In this document: positions 36,959 to 48,042 of the stretch, in pieces
How the letters are laid out: each line of letters opens with the position of its first letter
How positions within the stretch are numbered: the first letter of the stretch is position 1
NCBI GenBank assembly: GCA_000182565.2
Contig: KQ257458.1
Reading direction: 5' to 3' (one strand)
Source: Spizellomyces punctatus DAOM BR117
Lineage: Eukaryota
DNA: 64,000 bases
Made by a program: the position numbers and the translations under genes
The notes under the pieces: model-generated
What the model saw: only the letters and a program-made list of their open reading frames with translations
What the model was told of the DNA's origin: nothing
Database searches by the model: none

Positions 36959-39900
36959 ATGTCAGTAGTGGGTTCCAGGGACATTACCCCTTATGTATGT
37001 GCCGTCTGGATGTTTTGGTCGACTTCGGGTTTTGTCCCGGAGATGTACCGCATTACTTCCCATTACGTACCGTTATTGTATACAAACGTGTTCATTGGCC
37101 AAAATGGAACCATTTATCTAGGTTCTGCGATGCATTTTGTGTCCCCTCGAATATTCCTCCACTCCAGGCCCGAGCCCTTCCCCTTCTATTTCAAACCTGC
37201 ACTCTGATGCTGAATCGATCAGAAGCGAGAATAGCAACTCCACAGCACGCTCGAATGCCAGTAGATCCCAAAAAGCCAGAAAGTTTGGCCGGCTTCTCGG
37301 ATCTTCTGCCGGAAAGGGGAACTCTGTAGAGGCAGTAGAACCGCCAGGACCTCGGCGACCACCTCCAACAGGTGCCCTAGAATTAGCTGCGGACATCAGA
37401 GAGCCGCTTGGATTGAGAGTTGAAGATGTGGACAGATTGCGAAGAGAAGTGATAGAAACATTCGGTTCAGAGGTAAAAAATAAATGAGCGTCCAATGGCT
37501 GCCTTCTGGACGCGATATTGATTTTGGAATCAGCACATTGCAGCCGATCTGATGATTTACCTCCAACTGCTCATCCGTGACATGGGTATACTATCTCCAA
37601 CAGACTTCCATGATGTTGATGTGTATCAGGCATGGAAGCGATTTGAGCGAGAAGCGGTCGAGAAGCTGATTAGTTCCACTGGCCATGGAGCCGTCTCAGC
37701 AGTCGTCGAGGGTCCAATCGCGGATTTGTCTGGTGAAGATGATGCTCTGATTTCTTTTGCCGTACAGAGTGCAACCGGTCTGTACGCGAAAGATCAGAAC
37801 GGTCTCAGCAATCCATATTGTGTCATCACGTTCAATGGAATCAGTTTTGTTAGCCAAACAGTGGAGAAGAATTTAAACCCACGTTGGAACTTCAACGTGC
37901 CATTGTATGTTGGCGTGTCATTCAGCTTATTTGGACTTCCGTACATTGAAACTGAGCGCATGGTAGAAAGGTCAAGGCAGCATCCGATCCACTCCTCTTG
38001 ACAATATGGAATCGTTCCACGGACCGGCCTCGCGATCGTCGTGGCGACGCATTTTTGGGGATGTGCACTATAACCTCCGGACAATTACGTCAAAGTAGAT
38101 TCGACCAACATTACAACCTTGACAAGCGCTCTAATCGAAGTCACATCAGTGGACAAGTACATGTTGTCGCTGAACGGATCACAATCGATAAGGATAAAGC
38201 AAACGTGTGGAGGAACGCACTGAGAGCTCTACACCCTGATCCTCGGGCCGCATATGCGACATTAGTGAAGAAGTTTTTGAGTTTTGCAGTAGCGAAGTAT
38301 GAGGGAGATTCGCTGCTACCGGAAGGATACCAGAAAGTTTTAGACTGCGTTGCCTCTATTTGGCGAGTTGGTCTTCCATACAGGGCCATGATGTGAGTTA
38401 ACCGTGTCGAAAATTGGGTTTATCGCCCTTTCTTCAACACTTGATCATTAACCATCGTCTCTTACAGTTATTTTGATACCCTGACTTCAATGTTTTCTCA
38501 AGCGATCATTCCTGCGAGCGTTCTACAACGGGAGGCGTTTACTAAAGCGGATAAGCTCTCCACCAACCACTTTGTTACTCTTTCTGATGTGCGTCACACC
38601 AACTCTGAAGGCAGTTCTGACTGACATGTACTCATACCCTTATCGGATCAAGCTTGATATTTTTCGGCAAGCTTGTGCAAAACTTTCGTCTCTCCTAAGC
38701 CATCAGCTCAGCACATTCTTCAATCACCCTCTGACCACCCAGAGAGCGCGCGAGTTGGATGCAATTGCCGGCATGTTGGCCGCAATGCAAGCAAATAAAT
38801 CATTGGGCATGGCTGATGTTGATGTCTCTAAAGTGGCTAAGAAGTTACTCACGGTGAGTGATGCGATTTGAACGTTATTGTCGCAGGCCTGTACTCACTG
38901 AATGGATTACCAGGATGCGCTTGAGGCCAGATACCATGGGTTGCATGCCATAGCTCACGCCTCGCGAGAATCTCTAGACGACGGGCTCATTAATCTGGTG
39001 AAAGCGGTGAGACACGAGCTGGAGCTTTATCACGCACACCTCGATACGGCGCTATACTTTGGGTATTCCGGTTTCCCTGCACATGCATCCATAAGACTGA
39101 TATTGATCAAGTTATGCTGGCGTTTAGATATGTCCATATACCAGATCTGGCTGCCAAAGTCTTTTCTGATCGGCTTATACCAGAGCTTGATCGATATGCG
39201 AATGCATATTTGGCTTCTCCGGATTTAGCTAATGCATTTGAGCTGTATCATGAAGTGCAGGCGATGCGGGGTGTATACGAAACAGTGGATTATAAGTATG
39301 TTTCCATTACTCTCTTGGGTTGGTGCCATGATTGATCGGTGTGGAGGATTTTGCAGGCTTGCGGAAAAATTCCCCACACAGACTTGGTTTACTCCATTCC
39401 TACGGGAATGGATAAGTGTCTCAGGTACCTGAATAAGCGCTTTTAGGCTAAACGGTCTCATCAGTCGTGTTTTCCGTAATGCATTTTCGTCCTTCAGAAA
39501 AGAAGTTCATCGAATGGATGCAAAATGGTATTGATGTGGATGAGGTATGTCCTATCTCTTTCGTCTATTGTGTCCTCGGGCGCATGATGTGATAATGCTA
39601 CATCCGTTTCTGGCAGTTTTGCCCGTCATCTACCACAGTCCTCTACTCCTCCTCCGTGTTGGATATGTTCACCTCATTCCAACAACAAGTCGACTTTGTC
39701 GTCAATCTAAAGTGGCCAGATCCTGACGAAGAGCGTGCAGTGATCTTCAGATTGGCACAGGTGAGTCTCGGCTCATGCACCATATGATTACGTCGCAGCT
39801 AATGTCAGCTCGACAAGGCGGTTACCGAGACACTTCGGTCTTACTGCGATATTATGCTACACCGAGTGGGCGGAGATTTTCGACATTTTACTACAAGCGC

Positions 39901-41486
39901 CGCGGCTTCAACAGTACCTACCAGCGGAAAGAAGAAGAAGCTTAAACTTCAGTTTGGCAAGTTTAAAAAGACGCGGCAAATTAATCCGGACGAAATTCGA
40001 ATACCTTCCAAGGTGAGTCTGGGAGGTGTTCAACGCACCAGTTATTTAAGTATGCAGCAAGCTGTCTCTTTAATATAAACGAAGGCTTGCGTCAGAATCA
40101 ACAATATGGATGCACTTCCTGTTCGATTTGACGATTTCTGCCACAGAATATTCCCACTTTCCCCGCAAGCTCCAAACGTGTCCAACGCTGACCCTGACGT
40201 TCCTCCACCACTCCCACCAAAACCTTCACCTGGCTCCATCCTTCGAAACACCCCATCGCTGATCCGTCTCACGATTCTCCACGGCCAGCGTCTAACGGCG
40301 ACACGGCCATACAATATCCAATTCTCCCTGCGCCTCCGTATGGGAAAGCGTGAAATTGGAGAGACCCGGTCAGTGCCTCAGTCCGCGAGTGCTGTCTGGA
40401 ATGAAGTCTTCTACTTGTCATTGGGTGCGGCGGATTTGAACGCTCCGCTGGAGGTTTGTCTTATGCATCGGGTTCCACCAGAAAAGGCTGGTGAATCAGA
40501 GAAGCTGTACATGTTCGCGAGGGGGACTTTGGGACTAAACCCCGCCGCAGCAGAAATGGAAATCGCAGTGGATCTTGGCGGGAGTGGAAAAGTCCTGGTG
40601 CAAACAAAGGTTGAAAGCGATGTAGCTTCTTTGAAAAACCGAGTAGTATCGGATGTCGAGAGGGCACTAGAGAAAGCTGTGAATATTTTCGCAGAGAAGG
40701 TGAGTAGTTACTGATATTGCTGGAACAGCATGTTAGTGATACTTGCGAAACTTTCGACAGGTTTGCTACGACATGAAAGATAGGCTGAAAACAGTTTCTC
40801 GCAAACACAAAGTCAGCGGATACAAGAACCTTATCACAAAACTGAACCAAAAAGATTCAGCTTCTTCGCTGTCTTCTCATACCTTCTCGCCGACTCAGGT
40901 TTCCGATGAGGAAATTGAGAACGATTTGGAGTTGTTACTGGGCTACATCAATGTGAACCTCGAGGTACTTACCGAGTCCATGGAGCACTCGTTAGCGTTA
41001 CGAGTTGTCAAAGGTGTCTGGGTAAAGGTGGTGAATCATGTGGAGGCATTGGTAGTTGGAGAGGTTGGCGATGAAGGGAAAGACAAGAGGGAATGGGACG
41101 CGAAAAGGATTGGGTTCATAAGACGAAGTATAGAGGTAAGGTTTAAGAAACGTTCAGCATCGAGGTTGCTCCCTGAATTCTTGTTCTGTGTCATGCAGTT
41201 CCTGGCAGCATTTTTTCACAGCGATGGCGAAGGACTACCTAAAGAAGAATTGGAAACGGAAAGATTCAAACAATTATGTCAGCTTCTAAATATGTACCAC
41301 ACCTCAAAGAAGGATTTACAGCGACTGTACCTTGCCCAGCAACAAAGTGCAAAAACAGTGGCCGGCGAGGACGTGCAGGGGGGAGATTGGATTCTGAAGC
41401 TGATTCGCGTCAAAGGAGGAAAGGACTTTGTGGATGAAATTGTCGCTAGAAGAGTGCGGTGGGGTGGGGAGGCGACCACGATGTGA
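36959..41486 (+). CDS. Munc13/BAIAP3-like C2-MUN-C2 vesicle tethering/priming protein
   Basis: First C2 (ATGLYAKDQNGLSNPYC, KNLNPRWN, DAFLG); MHD1-like LYSSSVLDMFTSF and WPD; second C2 (AVWNEVF); MHD2-like FFHSDGEGLP..L. Confidence 0.8.
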
Positions 41487-41704
41487 AGCTCGGCATTTTT
41501 ATTCTTGGTCAACTTTTATTAAACCTTACCTCTACAGTGCTTACCAAAAATGACCTACTAGAAGCTCTTACGTAGATATAATCCGACTACATTTCTTCGC
41601 TAGCAATAATATAGTTTTGTGTAATATTCGCCAAATATGGAAATTAGCTGCGCATGGCAATGTAAGCTCATTTGTACAAATACGGCAAGATGACAAGTGG
41701 GACC

Positions 41705-41827
41705 CAGCCAATAGCCGCGCGACATGTGCAGCCAATCAGCGGACGACAGCAGTTCGCAGCAACCAAACGCGTAAAGGTGCCCCGAAACTGCGAGAAACGG
41801 CTGAAGGCCGCCGTCTGGCTTATAAAA
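41705..41827 (+). promoter_or_regulatory. BiP promoter: two CCAAT boxes in ERSE-like repeats plus a TATA box
   Basis: CAGCCAAT-N8-GACA occurs twice, 24 bp apart (CCAAT at 41708 and 41732); TATAAAA at 41821, followed by a pyrimidine-rich leader. Confidence 0.6.
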
Positions 41828-42002
41828 GGAGGGTCAACCTGCGTCCTTCCTCCCCCCCAAAACTTGCTTTTTCCTATCCTCTCTCCCCTCCCCTTCCTGC
41901 GTGGTTGTCTAGTTTCTCGAAAGAGAGGTATGCAGTCCCCCATCTATTTCACTGTGCTTGGAACCGTTCCCAACTCACCTTGTTTTCGCTATAGCATCCA
42001 CT

Positions 42003-44061
42003 ATGAAATCACGAACATCTTCAGCACTGCGCTGGATAGCGCTTTGGCTGGCCATTGTGGCAGCCTGCTGTGTAGCGAACGTCTCAGCAGCGTCTGAGGA
42101 TGCTGCTGCAGGACCTATTATCGGTATTGACTTGGGTACAACGTACAGGTTCGTAGTCAGGCTGTCTTGTGCAGGCGTGTTGACTACAATGTTAAAGTAT
42201 ATATCCCACTAGTTGTGTCGGTGTTTACAAGAACGGCCGTGTTGAGATCATCGCGAACGACCAAGGAAACCGTATCACACCATCATACGTCGCCTTCACC
42301 GATGAAGAACGTCTGGTCGGAGATGCCGCGAAAAACCAAGCACCAATGAACCCCCATGATACCATCTTCGACGCCAAACGACTTGTTGGTCGCCATTTTA
42401 CCGACAAAGAAGTTCAGCAGGACATGAAGCACTGGCCCTTCACTGTCGTCAACAAGAACGGCAAACCTATCATCAAGGTCAATGTGAAGGGAGAGGAGAA
42501 GACTCTGACTCCCGAAGAAGTTTCCGCTATGGTTCTTCAAAAAATGAAGGAAATTGCGGAAGGATACCTCGGGGAGAAGATTACACGCGCTGTGGTTACC
42601 GTTCCCGCCTACTTTAACGATGCTCAGCGTCAGGGCCCCAAAGATGCTGGTATTATTGCTGGTCTCAAAGTCGAACGTATCATCAACGAACCAACCGCCG
42701 CTGCGATCGCTTACGGCTTGGACAAAAAGGGCGGCGAGCGCAACATTCTTGTATACGATCTTGGTGGTGGTACATTCGATGTGTCGCTTTTGACCATTGA
42801 CGATGGTGTCTTTGAGGTACTTGCGACCAGCGGTGACACCCATCTCGGTGGTGAGGACTTTGACAACCGTGTCATTGAGCACTTTGTCAAGTTGTGGAAA
42901 AAGAAGACTGGCAAGGATGTCACCAAGGATCCCAAAGCCATGGGCAAGTTGAAGCGCGAAGTAGAGAAGGCCAAGCGTGCTTTGTCCTCCCAAATGTCTG
43001 TCCGTGTCGAAATCGAATCCTTCCACGATGGCCAAGACCTTTCTGAGACTCTTACTCGGGCCAAATTCGAAGAACTCAACATGGATCTGTTCAAAAAGAC
43101 CATGAAGCCCGTCGAGAAGGTATTGAAGGACGCTGGATTGTCCAAGAACGACATCCAAGATATCGTCTTGGTTGGAGGTTCTACTCGTATTCCCAAGGTT
43201 GTTCAGCTTTTGGAGGATTTCTTCAACGGCAAGAAGGCCAGTAAGGGTATTAACCCTGACGAAGCCGTCGCCTATGGTGCCGCAGTTCAGGCTGGTATTC
43301 TTCTCGGTGACAGCCCTGAACTCAACGATGTACTCCTCGTTGACGTGAACCCTCTCACCTTGGGTATCGAAACTACTGGTGGCGTGATGACGAAACTGAT
43401 TCCTCGTAACACTGCCGTGCCCAACAAGAAATCTCAAATCTTCTCTACTGCTGCGGACAACCAGCCTACCGTCTTGATCCAAGTGTTCGAGGGCGAGCGT
43501 CCATTGACCAAGGACAACAATCTTCTCGGCAAATTTGAACTTAACGGCATTCCTCCAGCTCCTCGAGGGGTTCCTCAGATTGAAGTTACTTTCGCACTTG
43601 ACGCGAACGGTCTCCTTACAGTCTCAGCCGTGGATAAGGGCACAGGCAAGAGTGAATCCATTACAATCAAGAACGACAAGGATCGCCTGAGTCAGGAAGA
43701 GATTGACCGCATGGTACAAGAGGCCGAGAAGTTTGCCGAAGAGGACCGTCTCACCAAGGAGAAAATCGAAGCCAAGAACGCTTTTGACAGCTATGTGTAC
43801 TCTTTGAAGAACCAGCTCTCTGACGACTCCCAGCTCGGTGGTAAACTTGAGGGTGACGACAAGAAGCAAATCCAGGATGCATTGAAGAAGGCGCAAGACT
43901 GGTTGGAGGCCAACGGTGCCACCGCTACGAAGGAGGACCTCGAAGAGCAGAAGAGCGAACTCGAGGCTGTGGTGAACCCCATCACTGCCAAACTCTACCA
44001 GCAGACTGGTGAAGAAGGTGGTGCATCGGAGGAAGAAGCCCACGACCACGACGAATTGTAA
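42003..44061 (+). CDS. KAR2: ER Hsp70 chaperone BiP
   Basis: Signal peptide, [40 protein letters not shown]-terminal HDEL; one intron. Confidence 0.98.
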
Positions 44062-44493
44062 GACTGTCGAGTCTTTGGGAATGGGTGTTGGAATTTGGGG
44101 GCACACTGCATGTTATTTGATTAGACGTCCTCATGTGAGCCGCAGAGCACTGTGTAGTGATTCTCTGAAAATCTGCTTGGATTTCATATAGCTCTATTAT
44201 GCTTCCAACGTGTATAAATGGGGATGGTTGGCTATTTTCTTTTGCTTGTTACATAGAACACGTTTTCACGTTTCTCCTTTTTCATTCTTTTGGATTGACT
44301 GTCTTTTTATTTTACCATTGTATTGTATTGTTATCTGGTTGCAAATCACAATGTTTCATGGTAGCCTTTAGTGTAGAGGTGACAGAAAATGGCACTAGCT
44401 ACTACACCAGGGAATAAACCGGCGACAACCGGTTCGGAAAAGCTAACTAAGCTACTACTAGGCAATTATACACGCAATACGTAACGGTTGGTT

Positions 44494-44834
44494 CTAACCG
44501 GATAATTGTCCACCACCACACGCGGTCCCTACTAGGCCTTGATCTGGAATTCTTGATGGCACTGAAGCCAGACTCTTGCATCCAGGAGCGAATCGACTGG
44601 GCAGCGTCACAAGCCAGAGGATGTTCAGTGACAAGACTTGGAGACTAAAACTGCATGTCAGCGACAGAACAATATGAAAAGAGATGATGCCATTGGTACT
44701 TACCAACCAAGCTCAACAAGTGTAGCAGCATAATAGTAGGCTTTGTTATCGGATCCAATTGGTTGCCGCTGGTTCTGATCACGATTGCTGTCGGGCGGTC
44801 GAGGTCCTCGGCACCACCACATCGGCGTTCTCAT
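44494..44834 (-). other. Candidate TATA-driven spliced transcript (95-aa orphan ORF or lncRNA)
   Basis: TATAAAA at 44914-44908, CT-rich leader, ATG at 44834, intron 44703-44651 (GTAAGT...CTGAC...CAG) that keeps the frame open to TAG at 44494. Confidence 0.35.
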
Positions 44835-45319
44835 GACTGATGAGAGTTGGGCAGATGCTTTGAGTCGAGGGATAAAGAAACAAGAGGAAAGAGACAGAAG
44901 GTCCCCCTTTTATAGACCTTTGGCATGCGCCTCACCGCAGTTTAAAAAAAAAAACATTACATGCATGCCACACCGTTTTGAGCGATAGAGGGGGTGCTGA
45001 TTATGCGATATGATTAACCGGAGTGAGCCGGATAATAATGAATCCTAGTGCCATTTTCAATCACCTCCACACTATGTGATGTGAATCTTGACACAAGTGT
45101 CAGGGTACGTGCCGAATATCGTTAGTACTGTTGGCCATGGAGCTTGCGTGATGAGAACGATGGTTGTACGTAACGATCAGTTGCGGGCTTGCCGATTGTG
45201 ACGCCCATCGACTCAACAATGAGCCAAATAAGCGCCTTAATAACTATGATAATACCATTTACGACTAGCAACTTTCAGCTTGAACAAAAGTTCAGAAGCG
45301 TCATACAAACCAAGTTAAA

Positions 45320-45738
45320 ATGAGTCTCCATCCATCAACGGCTACGATTCCCGCTGAGGCAGACGATCCCGAAGGTCGTCGAGAGCGTTCCTACAAGGTT
45401 CCAATGCAGTGTTTAGTTGCTTTAAATATAACGAGTGGAAGATTCAATCAGGTTTTGTGTCTTGTAGGCCGCAGCCCATAATCAAGGCAACTATCCGAAA
45501 GGCCGGCTTCATGCTGCAGAGAAATTTGCCGAGGTTTGCAGTTCAACCATCTTGTAAGAGTCCGCTCAGTGATACCCTCAACTAAATCGACCGTACTTGC
45601 ATTCACAAGCTCCACGAAAAGCGTACGGGCGAAAAGGTCGATCCCAAGCTTGAGGCAGAAATTGCGGATGAAGAGTTTGATCCGGAAAGGCCGGATATCA
45701 AAAATGATGAAGAATTGAAAGAAATACTGGAAGAATAG
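45320..45738 (+). CDS. Small acidic hydrophilic protein (90 aa), Con-6/conidiation-protein-like
   Basis: Exons 45320-45397, 45468-45533, 45610-45738 (both introns phase 0) give ...GRRERSYK|AAAHNQGNYPKGRLHAAEKFAE|LHEKRTGEKVDP...EILEE*. Confidence 0.7.
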
Positions 45739-46169
45739 TCGGGGTTGTTTAATGTCAATCATTGGAACTGAGCTGTCATGAAAAGTGTTTTTAAATGTTT
45801 TTGGAAGATTTCAAACAGAATCTGCAGTCTGCCGCAACTTTTAATGCATTGATTATACACCCCTTGAGCACTGCATCGGTTCTCAACACCAGAGATAGTT
45901 TAAACAACAACCAACGAGATCAGATACGAAATACGACGTGAGCAAGAAAGCACTGCATGGCCATGGCGAATGGCGAAGACCGAAGCCTTCGGACAACAAT
46001 TACCTTCCGCGCGTGTGATTGGCTGCACCTTACATCACGTGGTTAATTTTCTATCACACCAAACCCGCTTTCAAAACCTTTTTCAGTGTTGCCCCCTCTC
46101 CATCTGTTTGTCCCATTTCCATCTCTTGGAAATCATTTTTGTTTTCACAGCTGTCGCATTCTCTTGACA

Positions 46170-47122
46170 ATGAGCCACAGACGCACGACTCTCTTTGTTG
46201 CTGGCATTGGCTCTCGTACACGTGCCAGGGATCTCGCCTTTGAATTCGAGAGGTAACGGTTCCGCGCTTCCCCGATCGTCGTTCCATACTCTTCCGCGCT
46301 CACAGCTTCCACTTGCCGTAATTCCAGGTATGGCAGGCTTGTCCGTTGTGACATTCCCGCTCCAAGGGGAGCTGCGGCCAAGCCGTAAGTATCGATATTG
46401 ATATGTAGTATGCTCATATCCACCGTCAGTCTTTCTTTTGAAAGAAGTATCGCTCGTGCGGACGAGGACGATTCACAATAGTCGAGTCCTTTGCGCGGCG
46501 GGCGATCGTATCGATTTCTTACGTTGCAAGTTGTCTAATCTATACCCTCCCTTCCCTTCCCTCTCACCTTCGCGTTTCTCTCTCGCCTTGATGACCGGAT
46601 TGGCTTAGCAGTTATGCGTTTGTTGAGTTCGAGGACCCCAGGGATGCTGAAGATGCTTACTACGAGATGCAGGGCCGCAAGGTTGACGGTTACATGCTGA
46701 ACATTCAGGTTTGTCTCATTCCTTTTCCTCCCTCCATAAAGATTCGGTGTTCACAGTTATGGTTTGCAGTGGGCTAAGAATGCCCCTAGCCGCAACTGGC
46801 GCTATGACGATCGTCGGGACCGCTCCCGGTCTCCTCCTCGTCGTCGGAGGGTGTCTCGTTCAAGATCCCGCTCTCCTCGTCGTCGCTCCAGGTCTCCTCG
46901 TTCGCCACGGAAGACCGCCGCCGCTCCCGATCACCCCGTGAAGATAGGCGCGACGACCGCGACGACAGACGTGAGGCCCACATTGAAGCGGAGGTCAAGG
47001 ATGACCGCTCCCCTGTCAAGCGCTCCCCTAGCCCGGAGCGTAACGGGCATCGCAGCCCTTCTCCTGACCGTCGTCGTGAAGATGACGAAGATCGCGGTCG
47101 CTCACCTTCCCCACGCGACTAA
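46170..47122 (+). CDS. SR splicing factor (single RRM + RS domain, Srp1-like); apparent frameshift near 46901-46911
   Basis: [63 protein letters not shown] then RSRSP repeats; the RS/RD sequence continues in a shifted frame to TAA at 47120-47122. Confidence 0.92.
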
Positions 47123-48042
47123 GCAGGTCATGGTTTTTCCGAGTATGTAACGGGATCTCAATTATGAATGTTCATACGTTGCCTGGATGCCATGGTTTGT
47201 GGACGATGTTAGTGCGCGTGATAATAGGGTTCTGGGATTGCTATTGTTGCGCTTAGTGTAGTTTTTTGCCTTTTTTGCCTTTTTCTTTTGGACACGCAGT
47301 GTCGGATCTTTGTGTAGTTGCCCACTGTCCGTGAGTGGGTAACTTGCCTGTGAGGGGCCAAAATAGCGGAATTTTCTTCCATATACGGTACGCTTCCCTT
47401 CCTTTCGACATTTCGTCGGTTTCCGGCTTTGAAAACGGTCGGGGGCTTTACTTTACCGTCGGCGGTGTTTCTTCCACGACGATGCTTCACCTGCCTGTCG
47501 ATTGCGATTCCGCTTTTCGTATCTAGGCGCATCTATTGTCCCCTCCTCACATGTCCCGCGAGCGGTCAGCTTACATTCCAGCTCTCTAATCAACGCATTA
47601 CGTCTTTGCAATCGTCGTCCATCTACAGGGCTGCGTGCCTAAAGTCCCGACCACGAGCGTATTTTAAGGTCAGTGTCTTTGTTGCTTTCTGTATTGCATG
47701 TCATTTCGCTCTAGCGCAATATATTGTAAGTGCCTGGGATTGCATTCTTGTTCATTCTGTACCCGTGTGTGTAACCGGGCAATAGTATCGGAAACAAATG
47801 ATGCACGAAAGTGGATATCAGTGTCGTTCATCACCATTCATCACCATCCAAGGATAACACTGCAAGATGACAGTATTTATCAGGTCTCAGGTCTGACTGT
47901 GTTCGACCCAAACGCGTCTTTTTTTGTAGTTCCAAACCCACCGTAACTGTGGATATTTGAACGGGATCTGTTTAATATGTGTAATATTGCAATGGGAGCC
48001 AGACACCGGAACTATGCAGGATCATATGCACTATGTACAATT

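Noticed and set aside
42283-43482. 399-aa antisense ORF (and 43624-44106) opposite BiP
   Set aside because: Long antisense ORFs are a well-known by-product of Hsp70 codon bias; no independent gene signals
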